Both the position numbers and the translations under genes were made by a program. Below the pieces are notes generated by a model that saw only the letters and a program-made list of their open reading frames with translations, was not told the DNA's origin and did not search any database. 32,923 nucleotides of DNA from Bdellovibrionota bacterium. Its GTDB lineage: Bacteria > Bdellovibrionota_C > UBA2361 > JBIKWN01. This document shows positions 18,974-28,846 of this stretch, piece by piece (positions within the stretch are counted from its first letter, which is position 1; each line of letters starts with the position of its first letter). Location: contig JBIKWN010000023.1 in the NCBI GenBank assembly GCA_044356295.1, forward strand, positions 1-32,923, read 5' to 3'.

Positions 18974-20419
18974 TTACTGGGCAACAATTCGTCCTACTAA
19001 GTCATACCCAGAAACCTCAGTAATCTCAACAGGCACAATTTCTCCGATAAGATTCGCGGTATCAACCTCAGAATCATTAATAATCACACTTCCATCAACT
19101 TCAGGAGCCTGAAAACTAGCTCTTCCTGAAAGCAAAAGGTCAGTTTCCTCATGAGGTCCCTCAATCAATACCGGGATAGTCTGACCAATATAAGATTGAT
19201 TTGCTTCAAATGCTACTTCTTGCTGAGCCGCCATAACGCGTTTTCTGCGACTTTCTTTCTCTTTTTTGGCGACATGCCCTTCAAAACTAAAGCTTTCAGC
19301 TTCTTTTTCAGGACTATACGTAAACACACCGACATTTGAGAAATGTCCTTCGCTTACAAATGAAACTAGATCATCAATATCTTCTTTAGTTTCCCCGGGG
19401 AAGCCTACAATAAATGTAGTACGAATCTGAACATTCGGAGCAGTTTTTTTAATCATTTCTACAATCGTTCGGGGTGAATATTTTCCGATAGGACGTTTCA
19501 TGATTTTTAATACTCGATCACTTGAGTGCTGCAAAGGAATATCTATGTATTTTACAATTGAGGGAAGATCCTTGATTGCATTAATCAACGCCTCATCTGT
19601 TCCTACTGGATAAGCATAGAGTAGCCGTATCCAATCAACTGCCTTATCTTTATCAAGCCCTTCAAGAAGTGTAATAAGCCTTCCATCTTCTTTTCTATCA
19701 AACCCAAAATGAGTTAAATCCTGTGCAACAAGGTTTATCTCTCGAACCCCTTGTCGACCTAATTCCTTCACTTCATTTCTTATCGATTCAATAGAGCGAC
19801 TTCGCATCTCACCACGAATTTTAGGAATAATACAGAACGTGCATGGCCTGTTACACCCTTCAGATATTTTTACATATGCAGTGTGACGTTTCGTTGCAAG
19901 ATGCCGAGGCATCGTCTCGTCATAAAGAAAATATGGACGACCTGCTGCTTGTAAGTTTTCATGAAGTTCTGATGTTACTGCTTCACCAACTCGTAAAAGA
20001 TCTGAGGTCAAAATAAATTCATCGACTTCAGGAAGTGTCTTTTTCATCTCGTCTCGGTAACGCTCTACCGCACATCCTGCTACTATAAGCCGACGAAGTC
20101 GTCCCTGTTTTTTAAATTCTGAAACTGAAAGGATTGCTTCAATACTCTCATTAACAGAGCTCTCTAAAAATCCACAGGTATTCACTACTGCAACATCTGC
20201 ATTGGCAACATCGGAAACGATTTCATAACCGTAATTTTGAAGTACTCCAAGCATCACTTCAGAATCAACCTGATTTTTTGCACAACCAAGAGTAATAACC
20301 GAAGCCTTCCCTCGAAACTCATTCTTCGCTGTAACATCTTCAGGAACCTGAACGTTAACTCGCACTTGCGTTGAGCACTCTCCGCCCTCTTTAAAAACTT
20401 GTAATGATGATTTGCTCAC
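18974..20419 (-). CDS. rimO: Ribosomal protein S12 methylthiotransferase
   Basis: LGCAKNQVDSE, NTCGF, radical SAM motif EGCNRPCTFC, QAPEVDG, C-terminal TRAM domain. Confidence 0.96.
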   Translation of the reverse strand: MSKSSLQVFKEGGECSTQVRVNVQVPEDVTAKNEFRGKASVITLGCAKNQVDSEVMLGVLQNYGYEIVSDVANADVAVVNTCGFLESSVNESIEAILSVSEFKKQGRLRRLIVAGCAVERYRDEMKKTLPEVDEFILTSDLLRVGEAVTSELHENLQAAGRPYFLYDETMPRHLATKRHTAYVKISEGCNRPCTFCIIPKIRGEMRSRSIESIRNEVKELGRQGVREINLVAQDLTHFGFDRKEDGRLITLLEGLDKDKAVDWIRLLYAYPVGTDEALINAIKDLPSIVKYIDIPLQHSSDRVLKIMKRPIGKYSPRTIVEMIKKTAPNVQIRTTFIVGFPGETKEDIDDLVSFVSEGHFSNVGVFTYSPEKEAESFSFEGHVAKKEKESRRKRVMAAQQEVAFEANQSYIGQTIPVLIEGPHEETDLLLSGRASFQAPEVDGSVIINDSEVDTANLIGEIVPVEITEVSGYDLVGRIVAQ

Positions 20420-21117
20420 TTCTCTTTCCTTTTATCATGTACATCTATGCCCTTTGGGAAATCTGGATCGAACACAGATGATTCTTGAGGCGCATTAATT
20501 TGAGGCTGTTTAAAAAGCACCGAAGTTACATTACCAGAGGTATCAACAACACGCCCCCCTGCTGGGAACTGATCTCCACTTTTAACTAGGAGTTTTAGCT
20601 CTTTTAAACTAACTCCAGAATCTTCAGTAGCTTTTTGGTTTTTAGGCTTAAGCGTCAGAACCTCACCTGAAGCTGCCTTGCATGATGATACCATGTTAAA
20701 ATCCTTATCCAAGTTCCCAAGCCCCATGATAAAAGCAACGGGAAGCTCAGTGATAAGTATTGAAGATAGTTCATCTATTACGAGCTGTTTTTCGTTTGGT
20801 TGAAAGAAATACGCAGTCGTTCCATTAAGTAAAAAAGTTTGCTCTTCCGGCGAATGATAGTTCCATTTCATTTTACCAGGTTTTTGAAAATAGACTTTTC
20901 CTTGACTTATTTCACTCATATCAAGCGATGCAAGATAGGATTCTTGTTCAAAAAGAGCTTCTACTGAATTTGTGGCTTGGTACCGGGTTTGTACTTCTGA
21001 AAGTCGCACACCGGAACTATTCTTTTTGCTCTCTAAACAATCAAATGCTCTGGATTGTGCAAAAGATGTCGCTGTTAGTGCTCCAGTTAAAAGTACTGCA
21101 ATCAATAAGTGTTTCAC
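20416..21117 (-). CDS. lolA: Outer membrane lipoprotein carrier protein
   Basis: Signal peptide; F.Q...G.VYFQKPGKMKWNY..PEEQ LolA signature. Confidence 0.85.
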   Translation of the reverse strand: MKHLLIAVLLTGALTATSFAQSRAFDCLESKKNSSGVRLSEVQTRYQATNSVEALFEQESYLASLDMSEISQGKVYFQKPGKMKWNYHSPEEQTFLLNGTTAYFFQPNEKQLVIDELSSILITELPVAFIMGLGNLDKDFNMVSSCKAASGEVLTLKPKNQKATEDSGVSLKELKLLVKSGDQFPAGGRVVDTSGNVTSVLFKQPQINAPQESSVFDPDFPKGIDVHDKRKEK

Positions 21118-21758
21118 AATGATCCTCCAAAAAATTCTTTTATCGCTCGCATTCCAAGTGACCCAACTTTATGTCCAACTGGATCCGTTACCAATGTTAC
21201 AGAGACTCCTCTTTCTTCTAAGAATATTTTTCCATCCTCTGCGCGAGTCAGTGGAACTATTTTATCTTCAGAACCATGTGCGATGAGTACAGCAGGTTTC
21301 ATAAAACTTTTCTTCAACGCATCTTCGTCATGTTTTTTAATAACAAATCCTGCAAGTATCCCAAGCTTCTCAAAAAGCTCTGGTTCTCTTTGCAATAACA
21401 CAGACAATGCACCCGAGCCTTGCGAAAAACCTAACGCATGAATAGTGGTTGTAAATCCAAGCATCTCAAAAACTTCTTCAATAAAATTTCTCAGTTTTTT
21501 GACGCCTATTTCAATCATTTCATCGGTAATTTCACCCTCTACTTTCCACCAACTAAAACCACCTATTGAATCCTCTTCTGGAGCTTGGACTGAAATAACG
21601 ATTGCCTTTTGAGGAAGACTTCTTCGAAAAGCCCACATAACGTCAACATTACCTGCACGTCCATGGACAAGTAAAAATAGCGGGAGCTCGGCTCGGCTCG
21701 CCACATCTGACGCTGATTCAGGTATATCTATTCGGTAGACAAGGGAGAGTTCTTTCAT
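21114..21758 (-). CDS. Phospholipase/carboxylesterase family alpha/beta hydrolase
   Basis: VHGRAG, GFSQG, IAHGSEDKIVP, GHKV. Confidence 0.9.
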   Translation of the reverse strand: MKELSLVYRIDIPESASDVASRAELPLFLLVHGRAGNVDVMWAFRRSLPQKAIVISVQAPEEDSIGGFSWWKVEGEITDEMIEIGVKKLRNFIEEVFEMLGFTTTIHALGFSQGSGALSVLLQREPELFEKLGILAGFVIKKHDEDALKKSFMKPAVLIAHGSEDKIVPLTRAEDGKIFLEERGVSVTLVTDPVGHKVGSLGMRAIKEFFGGSL

Positions 21759-21790
21759 AAGTCAAGAAGCGCTATACTACCAGAAATTAC

Positions 21791-22672
21791 GTGACAAAGG
21801 CTAAACTCCAACAATTCTCAGTTTTTCTGCTCTGCTTCTGTGTGGTGATAATCCTATGGGGTGCGTGGGTACGTATTTCAGGCTCAGGGGATGGATGCGG
21901 TAAACATTGGCCACTTTGTCATGGAGAACTTTTTCCAGCCGGCTCTTGGTATCTGAGAATACAAACTTGGATTGAATATGCTCACCGCGCTAAGTCGGGA
22001 TTATTTGGGATACTTATCTTTATTCATTCATTCTTAGTCTGGCGTTCGATGCCGTCGCTTAGGCATTTTGCTGCAGCAACTTCTATCTTTACCATAACTG
22101 AAGCACTATTTGGTGCTGTACTAGTTCTTGGCGGCTACGTGCACACGGATCAATCCATTGGTCGTGCAATAGTTATTGCTTTTCATTTAGGAAATACACT
22201 TCTCCTTGTTGGAAGCATCACTGCACTGTGGTGGGCGTTATCTATTGAAGATTTTCAAGAAAAATTTTGGGACTGCGTTAAGAAACTTTCAGTTCCATTT
22301 AGTATTATTTTTCTGATAGCCGTTACTGGTGCATGGGCAGCTCTTAGCACAACACTTTTCCCTATTACCTCAATTTCCGAAGGGCTCATTTCAGATTTTT
22401 CAGAAACAAGTCATTTTTTAGAAAGAATTAAGATTATTCATCCTATTTTTGCTGTGAGTGGTGCATATCTTTTATGGGTACATAGCAGTAAAAAAATAAA
22501 TAAACTCTCTGCACTGCTACTTACTGAAGTTATTTTTGGAGTCACTACTTTGTTATTTCATAGCCCCGTTTGGATGAAATTAGGTCATTTATTGCTCGCC
22601 CAATTAGTTTGGATAGGCTTTGTAGAACAGACTTTGAATAATAAATCAGTAAAAGACCGAGACGGAAAATAA
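21791..22672 (+). CDS. ctaA: COX15/CtaA heme A synthase family protein
   Basis: GAWVRISGSGDGCGKHWPLCHG, IEYAHR, conserved His residues in TM helices. Confidence 0.85.
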   Translation: MTKAKLQQFSVFLLCFCVVIILWGAWVRISGSGDGCGKHWPLCHGELFPAGSWYLRIQTWIEYAHRAKSGLFGILIFIHSFLVWRSMPSLRHFAAATSIFTITEALFGAVLVLGGYVHTDQSIGRAIVIAFHLGNTLLLVGSITALWWALSIEDFQEKFWDCVKKLSVPFSIIFLIAVTGAWAALSTTLFPITSISEGLISDFSETSHFLERIKIIHPIFAVSGAYLLWVHSSKKINKLSALLLTEVIFGVTTLLFHSPVWMKLGHLLLAQLVWIGFVEQTLNNKSVKDRDGK

Positions 22673-22730
22673 AAAACCATCGTTCTATTTTTGGCATTAA
22701 TCTAAGAAACCTTCCTCTTTTGAACTAGGC

Positions 22731-22764
22731 AAAAAGAAACCCCCTTGAATTTCTTCAAAGGGGC
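22731..22764 (-). terminator. Rho-independent terminator
   Basis: Minus strand CCCCTTTGAA-gaaa-TTCAAGGGGG followed by TTTCTTTTT. Confidence 0.75.
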
Positions 22765-22779
22765 TTCAACTACAATAAA

Positions 22780-22817
22780 GAAAAAAACCGCTTCGAGTTA
22801 GTACTGCATCTCGAAGC
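22780..22817 (-). terminator. Probable terminator hairpin just downstream of the histone-like gene
   Basis: gcttcgag (22790-22797) pairs with ctcgaagc (22810-22817); minus strand continues GGTTTTTTT. Confidence 0.55.
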
Positions 22818-22829
22818 AGAAGATAAAAA

Positions 22830-22976
22830 TTATCTTCTTTTAGCAGCTTTTCTCTTAGGCGCAGCTTTTTTAGCTGTAGCTTTCTTAGCAGTACGCTTAG
22901 GAGCAGCTTTCTTAGCAGTTGCTTTCTTTGTTGTACGCTTAGGTGCTGCTTTTTTTGCAGTTTTTTTAGTTGCCAT
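22830..22976 (-). CDS. Small histone H1-like Lys/Ala-rich protein (48 aa)
   Basis: MATKKTAKKAAPKRTTKKATAKKAAPKRTAKKATAKKAAPKRKAAKRR*; GGAG RBS upstream; downstream terminators. Confidence 0.88.
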   Translation of the reverse strand: MATKKTAKKAAPKRTTKKATAKKAAPKRTAKKATAKKAAPKRKAAKRR

Positions 22977-23150
22977 TTTTATTCTCCACACAATTTATAT
23001 AAATCAGTAAAAAAAGTTCGTACTACTTACAACTAACGAAACATCTTTTTACTCAAACACTGTCCCTATTCTTCACATGTGCGAAAGATATGCGCAAGAT
23101 AATAATTTTTCCCCTTGAGTATTTTTTCAAATCATTCGATTACATAGGTA

Positions 23151-24074
23151 ATGACTTCAAACGATGATAGTGGCAATTCCAGTTGGGAACATGCCCGAGC
23201 ATATGCAAATTTACTTGGTACTGTACCAAGCTCTTTCACAACATCTATCCGACAACTGAAAGCTGATAGTGACAAATGCGGTGCCTTATCACGACCAACT
23301 ATGTTTCAAGCTAACCGTCTTTGTCATTCACCTAGTTTAAGCGCTTCACTTTTAAGTGCGGCAAAAATATATTTTCCCGAGAAACAAATTACCGAAGACA
23401 CGCAACTCGTAACACAACTTCCCCCAGAATCTCTTGCCGGTCTTCTTGGAACTGCATTCATGTACTGTCGCGCAAAAAAACTCGCTAATGAAGAAGAATG
23501 GGCACAGTACGCAAAGATCATACCAAACCGAATTGAGATTGGTGGGATCGTAGGAAAGACAATACCGCGTATTGGGGTTACAAAAGGAATTCTTTCAGCT
23601 ATTTTTGATACAATTGCACTAACCGCTTTTCATCTTCATGATAAGAAAGGATTTACAGAATATCGCAGATTTCTTAAAAATAAATCGAAACGAGAAGACC
23701 TAACATATGAATTAGATAGATGGGGCTGTACGAGATATAATGTTGCCTCAATTCTGATTCAGGGTCTTGGTTTTGGAGTAGACTTCTCGAATGCTTATGC
23801 TATTGGCATGCTTGCATCCGACGCAGAAGAGAAATCTCTTTCTGGTGAAGCGTATTGTTTCCGTATAACTCGTGTTTGGATTGATTCACTCGAACTTACT
23901 GGCTCAGAACCTGACAGGGCAATGAGAGTTGAGTACTATCCGGAAGCACCAGATCTAGCAACACTCAGATCACATTCAACAAGAGTAAAAGAATCCCCTG
24001 GCACATCATGCTGGCTTGATAAAACTAAAAAAGATATGGAAAACATCGAAGAACACCTTGAAGGTGAAGGTTAA
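23151..24074 (+). CDS. Hypothetical protein with degenerate HDOD-like domain
   Basis: GILSAIFDTIALTAF and ELDRWGCTRYNVASILIQGLGF align loosely with the HDOD AGLLHDIG and E...G.DHAE.GA.L...W patterns. Confidence 0.55.
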   Translation: MTSNDDSGNSSWEHARAYANLLGTVPSSFTTSIRQLKADSDKCGALSRPTMFQANRLCHSPSLSASLLSAAKIYFPEKQITEDTQLVTQLPPESLAGLLGTAFMYCRAKKLANEEEWAQYAKIIPNRIEIGGIVGKTIPRIGVTKGILSAIFDTIALTAFHLHDKKGFTEYRRFLKNKSKREDLTYELDRWGCTRYNVASILIQGLGFGVDFSNAYAIGMLASDAEEKSLSGEAYCFRITRVWIDSLELTGSEPDRAMRVEYYPEAPDLATLRSHSTRVKESPGTSCWLDKTKKDMENIEEHLEGEG

Positions 24075-24086
24075 TACCCCCTCCCC

Positions 24087-24548
24087 TTAGAACTCTCCAA
24101 GGGTTCGTTCTAGAATGCCATCGCGAATAAAACGTGCAATATTTTTTGCATTCAATTGCGCATTCGATTGAAATTGTGGAACACGCGACTGACAGCTAAC
24201 TGAATATGAAAGATGCCCCTGCTCATCAGGAGCGGTGTAAGTGATTTTATAAACAAAATTCGGAGTTGCACTTGAAAAGCTACTATTTGTTTCTTTGAAA
24301 GAAGCTTTTAACTCTCCCTTGAAGAAAAATTGCAATCTTTCTCGAACGGCAATTGCTTCGGTCATTGGGATTGAAACTGTTGTTGGGAATAAGGATACAG
24401 TCTCTTGAACAACCTCTTTATTAGATTGATAGGTAAGCTTTGGGCTTGAAGAGTCGATAGATATTTCGGTGCAAGAGGACAGAAAAACAGCTGCAAAAAT
24501 GGTCAGAAGACCAGATCTACAGCTGTTTTTAATTCGAATCTGGGTCAC
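24087..24548 (-). CDS. Hypothetical lipoprotein
   Basis: Hydrophobic stretch ending in the lipobox LSSC. Confidence 0.65.
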   Translation of the reverse strand: MTQIRIKNSCRSGLLTIFAAVFLSSCTEISIDSSSPKLTYQSNKEVVQETVSLFPTTVSIPMTEAIAVRERLQFFFKGELKASFKETNSSFSSATPNFVYKITYTAPDEQGHLSYSVSCQSRVPQFQSNAQLNAKNIARFIRDGILERTLGEF

Positions 24549-24567
24549 GCAATGATTCTATTGAAAC

Positions 24568-24948
24568 TTATGAAAAACTGCTGCCACAACCACAAGTTCT
24601 TTTTGCATTTGGGTTGCTAAATTTAAATCCAGTTCCGTTTAATCCAGATAGATAATCAACGACTGTTCCTTTCAAGTATCCAGCACTGATTGAATCAACC
24701 AGGACTTTTACACCGTCAAATTCAAGTTCAAGATCGCCCATACGGACTTCTTTATCGAAATCTAATGCATATTGGTAACCTGAGCATCCACCACCTTGAA
24801 CTGAAACACGAAGAGCATCGCCTTCTTCGCCTTCAGCAGCTATGGCATTTCTTACTGCTTCGATTGCTGCAGGTGTTAAAAATATTGGTGACTCTTCTGT
24901 TGGGGTAAATGATGAGCCGTCGTTTCCAGGAATTGTTTGTCCTTCCAT
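24568..24948 (-). CDS. erpA: A-type Fe-S cluster carrier (ErpA/IscA/HesB family)
   Basis: LRVSVQGGGCSGYQY, NPNAKRTCGCGSSF. Confidence 0.92.
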   Translation of the reverse strand: MEGQTIPGNDGSSFTPTEESPIFLTPAAIEAVRNAIAAEGEEGDALRVSVQGGGCSGYQYALDFDKEVRMGDLELEFDGVKVLVDSISAGYLKGTVVDYLSGLNGTGFKFSNPNAKRTCGCGSSFS

Positions 24949-25075
24949 TTTTTACCTTTAAAAATCTATGGTTATAGCTAAATTGTACCGGTTCGAGAAA
25001 ATGCTTGTCAATGAATCTTCAAAACGAAATATGGTTGGTTTGAGGTATTGGCGCGCGAGTTTGTCAGGGTTGAGT

Positions 25076-25096
25076 TCATGCCTACGCTCACGGTCA
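25076..25096. repeat. Single-arm copy of the hexamer-unit repeat
   Basis: tcatgcctacgctcacggtca matches 18328-18348 at 20/21 nt. Confidence 0.75.
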
Positions 25097-25139
25097 TGGC
25101 AAATGGAAATCAAGATTAGGTGATTTTTTATGGTAAAAG

Positions 25140-25217
25140 TTTATAACGCGAAGGTCGCGAAGTACGCGAAGAAAAATATCAATTACTTCGGGTACTTCGC
25201 GACCTTCGCGTTATAAA
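25140..25217. repeat. Near-perfect 32-bp inverted repeat built from 9-mer CGCGAAG units
   Basis: Arms 25140-25171 and 25186-25217 match at 31/32 with a 14-nt AT-rich loop. Confidence 0.92.
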
Positions 25218-25324
25218 GTAAGATCTAAAACCACCACCATCGCCATTCGGTACACCCTCATTCGTCATGCTTTAGCTCATGTAAAACCCAAAATCTGACG
25301 AACGTATAGGTCAGAGGATGAGCA

Positions 25325-26200
25325 TTGGACAAATTATTGTTGCTTATAGTTAGTGCATTTTTTGTAAATCTGTTCCCAAATTCAGGGTGGGCGGATCCTC
25401 GCGCAAGCTTAGGGAGTAATCAAAAATCCTTCCTCAATTCTGAAATAGTAACAACCTATTCTGCGGTAAGTCTTCCTAAAGGCGGTATGATTCATCTAAG
25501 TTCTCAAAAAAATTTCATGCCTATTAATGACTTAGTTACAGAAAGCATTCAAAAAACACATAAAGAACTCGAATCTCTTTTGGGTCCACTTCCAATGTTG
25601 AGTGTACAGGTAAAGCTGATGACTCCAGATGTTTTTACTCTTTCAACTGGTGTTCCAAGCTGGACAAACGCACTTTATTTCGACGATACAATTATTATTC
25701 CGATAAATCAGAAGGAACTAAACGAAGCGGAATTAGTTCGATCCGTACGACATGAATTTACACATGCAGTGATCCATAACCTTACAGATGGCAAATGCCC
25801 AGGGTGGCTCGATGAAGGATTAGCTCAGTTTATGGAAGGCACACCTAATCCATTAATGAGACTTGCATTGATGCAGTGGCTCGAGAAAAATCCTCCAGTT
25901 CCTTTTCAGCTCCTTCAGAAAGGATTTACAAAGTTAAATAAAAAATTTGTTGCTCCTGCGTATGCTCAATCACTGTGGGCAGCCAACATCTTAATTCATC
26001 AGAAAGGATTTTTAAAAATTAGAAACTTTTTTGATCAACTAAAAAAAGGCACGAAAGACCCTTATACGATAACACTCGATACTACTGAAGCAGGATTTGA
26101 AGAAAGTGTTAGTTGTGGTTTAAAAAACAAAGGGTGCATGACTGACATTGCACAATGCAGCTGTCCTAAAGAGCTCACAAAAGAAAAATCGTTCGCTTAA
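25325..26200 (+). CDS. Exported zinc metallopeptidase (peptidase MA-like/gluzincin)
   Basis: Signal peptide; HEFTH followed by PGWLDEGLA; YAQS motif. Confidence 0.85.
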   Translation: MDKLLLLIVSAFFVNLFPNSGWADPRASLGSNQKSFLNSEIVTTYSAVSLPKGGMIHLSSQKNFMPINDLVTESIQKTHKELESLLGPLPMLSVQVKLMTPDVFTLSTGVPSWTNALYFDDTIIIPINQKELNEAELVRSVRHEFTHAVIHNLTDGKCPGWLDEGLAQFMEGTPNPLMRLALMQWLEKNPPVPFQLLQKGFTKLNKKFVAPAYAQSLWAANILIHQKGFLKIRNFFDQLKKGTKDPYTITLDTTEAGFEESVSCGLKNKGCMTDIAQCSCPKELTKEKSFA

Positions 26201-26538
26201 ATATTTTTAAAAGACTCAGCAATCCGCTTAAAAAGAATCAACTGATTTTTAAAGTCTTCCAGTAGCTCACTACTACCTTCCATCGAGCCTGACTTCCCTT
26301 TGTTCTCAAGATTAAACGCTGCGGCATGACAAGACATGGCACCTATGTTTCCAAAAGCACTTTTCATTGCATGTGCAGCCTCTGCTAGTGCTTTTGCATT
26401 GCCAGATGAAATTGCATTTTCGATTGTAATAAGTCTTTCATCAGCATCTTGAAAAGCAATATCAAAAAGCTCAACTAAAAGATCCTTGTCATATGCAACT
26501 CGATCCATAGCTCCTGCTTGGTCAAAAATTACGCTCAT
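26197..26538 (-). CDS. Stand-alone Hpt (histidine phosphotransfer) domain protein
   Basis: [14 protein letters not shown]...LE Hpt signature. Confidence 0.9.
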   Translation of the reverse strand: MSVIFDQAGAMDRVAYDKDLLVELFDIAFQDADERLITIENAISSGNAKALAEAAHAMKSAFGNIGAMSCHAAAFNLENKGKSGSMEGSSELLEDFKNQLILFKRIAESFKNI

Positions 26539-27677
26539 TCTAGGATCTCCTTTGCAATTACTATTCTTTGAATCTGGCTTGTGCCTTCATAAATCTGCAT
26601 CAATTTTGCATCTCTCATTAATTTCTCAACAGGATAATCTTTTGTATAGCCGTATCCCCCGAAAATCTGTACGGCATCAGTGGTAACTTCCATTGCCATA
26701 TCCGCTGCAAAAAGCTTACCCATACTTGACATTAAGCTTGCTTTTTTACCAGCATCTAACATGTTGGCAGAACGATGTGTTAATAGTCTTGCAGCTTCAA
26801 TTTTTGTAGCCATATCAGCCAACATAAATTGGATACCTTGAAATGATGCAATCTCTTTTCCAAACTGTTTGCGTTGTTTGGCGTAATCCCGTGCGTATTC
26901 AAAAGCTGCACGTGCAATACCAACAGCGATGATTGCAGTAAGTGGGCGACTTGCATCAAGGGTTGCCATTGCAACTTTGAATCCCTCTCCTTCTTTCCCA
27001 ATAAGATTTTCTTTTGGAACTTTGACGTTATCAAATGTTAAAGACACGGTATTCGAACATCGCTGACCTAATTTATTTTCATGATGTCCCCTTGTAATAC
27101 CAGGAGCATCAGCAGGAATTACAAGACAACAGATACCTTTATGTTTTTTAGTTTTATCGATAGAACCAAACACAGTAAACTGACTTGCGTATTGTCCATT
27201 CGAGATCCATTGCTTTGATCCTGTGACAAGATAGTGATCTCCAGCATCGGTAATTTGGGTTTGAATACCACCAGCATCTGAACCTGCTCCAGGTTCTGTA
27301 AGTCCAAAGGAAGCAAATAATCCATTTGACGTTATCGGTTCTATAAATTTCTTTTTCTGTTCAGCTGTTCCACATAAATGAATTGGTAACAGTGCAAGGT
27401 CATTTGCAACCATGGATGTGGTAACTCCAGCACAACCTGCTGCGAACTCTTCAACAACTAAACATGAATCCAAGAATGAAAGCCCAGTACCACCGTAATC
27501 AGAGGACTGTAAAACATTCAAAAACCCAAATGAATGCGCCTTTGAAATGATTGAAGCAGGAAACTCAGAGAGCTCATCTAGGCGGGCAGCATGAGGAATC
27601 ACCTCGGCTTTAACAAACTTCCTTGCTTCTGCTTGGAGAGCAATCTGCTCTTCGGTAAGACCAAAATTATTCGTCAT
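26535..27677 (-). CDS. Acyl-CoA dehydrogenase
   Basis: [41 protein letters not shown]. Confidence 0.96.
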   Translation of the reverse strand: MTNNFGLTEEQIALQAEARKFVKAEVIPHAARLDELSEFPASIISKAHSFGFLNVLQSSDYGGTGLSFLDSCLVVEEFAAGCAGVTTSMVANDLALLPIHLCGTAEQKKKFIEPITSNGLFASFGLTEPGAGSDAGGIQTQITDAGDHYLVTGSKQWISNGQYASQFTVFGSIDKTKKHKGICCLVIPADAPGITRGHHENKLGQRCSNTVSLTFDNVKVPKENLIGKEGEGFKVAMATLDASRPLTAIIAVGIARAAFEYARDYAKQRKQFGKEIASFQGIQFMLADMATKIEAARLLTHRSANMLDAGKKASLMSSMGKLFAADMAMEVTTDAVQIFGGYGYTKDYPVEKLMRDAKLMQIYEGTSQIQRIVIAKEILE

Positions 27678-27760
27678 ATAGTTACTATAAGTTTAAGGTG
27701 AAGTGAGGGTTTGTACCATTGATTAATTGAGCTTCATTGTTGTCTCAATTAATCAAAAAT

Positions 27761-27789
27761 AAAAAAAGGCCTGATTAACAGACCTTTTT
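27761..27789. terminator. Intrinsic terminator after the IclR gene (possibly bidirectional)
   Basis: AAAAAAAGGCCTG-attaa-CAGACCTTTTT. Confidence 0.65.
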
Positions 27790-27811
27790 GAAGTATAAGA
27801 AAATTACAGAA

Positions 27812-28687
27812 TTATGTTCTGGCAATTCTTCCTAAAAGTGCTTGATTAATCTGACTAGATGCAATTACAGAAGCACTATTTACCGCTTCTTCTTTTGCCG
27901 CAGAATCAGATGAGACCTCTTTCTCAATAGCAGATACTAGACCTTTCGCAACAGCACCAAGACTGGTTGACAACTCTACTACAGCCGCATCAAGAATAGG
28001 TTGAATCTGCTCAAGTTTAGCTCTGTACTGAGGAACAAGAATCTCGATAGACCCAACAATTTCGCCACCAGCTCCGCGTACTAATTTAGAAACAGTAACA
28101 ACATCTGCCTCGGTAACACCTTTATCAATCACTTGACCAGTTGAACGTAGCTCTCCTAGTTGATTTTTAATTGCAGCATCTTGAGGAGTATTCGAAGAAA
28201 GTATTTCTGCTAGGGAAGCATCAGAAACTTGGGCTAATAAAAGACGGCCTACAGCACAATTTTTAGCACCAATTACCGAACCATTTCTAGAGGTAACTTT
28301 TACAGCTTTTTTGGACTCAACAGTAACTGGGAAATAAACTTGATTATTCTTGAGTGTTGCAAAACTAACTGTCTCACCCAAAGTTTCAGCAGCTTGGCGA
28401 AGGATTGGAAATGCACGACTGACAAGAGTGCTTTGTTGAATAAAAGATTGTCCTAACTGCAAACAACGTACACTTAGTCGATAGTCTTCAGTATCTTTAT
28501 TTTGTTCAACGTAGCCACGTAGCTCAAGCGTTGCAAGCAAACGAAATACATTATTTTTATGAAGCTTTAATCTTTTAGAAAGCTCAGTTACCCCAATTTC
28601 TTGACCTGACTTTACAAGTTCCTCAAGCACATCGATCGCATGAGACACTGATTGAATAAGGTAATTTGCTTTTTCGCGTTTAACCAT
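27812..28687 (-). CDS. IclR family transcriptional regulator
   Basis: IQSVSHAIDVLE, HTH GVTELSKRLKLHKNNVFRLLATLE..GYV; ATG at 28687 preferred over TTG at 28729. Confidence 0.9.
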   Translation of the reverse strand: MVKREKANYLIQSVSHAIDVLEELVKSGQEIGVTELSKRLKLHKNNVFRLLATLELRGYVEQNKDTEDYRLSVRCLQLGQSFIQQSTLVSRAFPILRQAAETLGETVSFATLKNNQVYFPVTVESKKAVKVTSRNGSVIGAKNCAVGRLLLAQVSDASLAEILSSNTPQDAAIKNQLGELRSTGQVIDKGVTEADVVTVSKLVRGAGGEIVGSIEILVPQYRAKLEQIQPILDAAVVELSTSLGAVAKGLVSAIEKEVSSDSAAKEEAVNSASVIASSQINQALLGRIART

Positions 28688-28846
28688 GTTGAGCCTACTC
28701 TTTAATTTGCATCCAATAAACTGCCCCAAAACGGGGTTCCACTATGTTTTATAGGTTATATCAAGGGCTTACCTATCTTTGCAATTGGTTATTTTTCAAA
28801 AGCTAAAAAATACAATGCTTTCAACCCTGAAAGCTTAGAAATATCC

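Noticed and set aside
20928..21441. Overlapping plus-strand ORFs
   Set aside because: Antisense to lolA and the esterase; no independent evidence.
25140..25217. tRNA, CRISPR repeat or ordinary terminator reading of the long hairpin
   Set aside because: A single long stem with no cloverleaf, no spacers and no U-tract, located between divergent genes.
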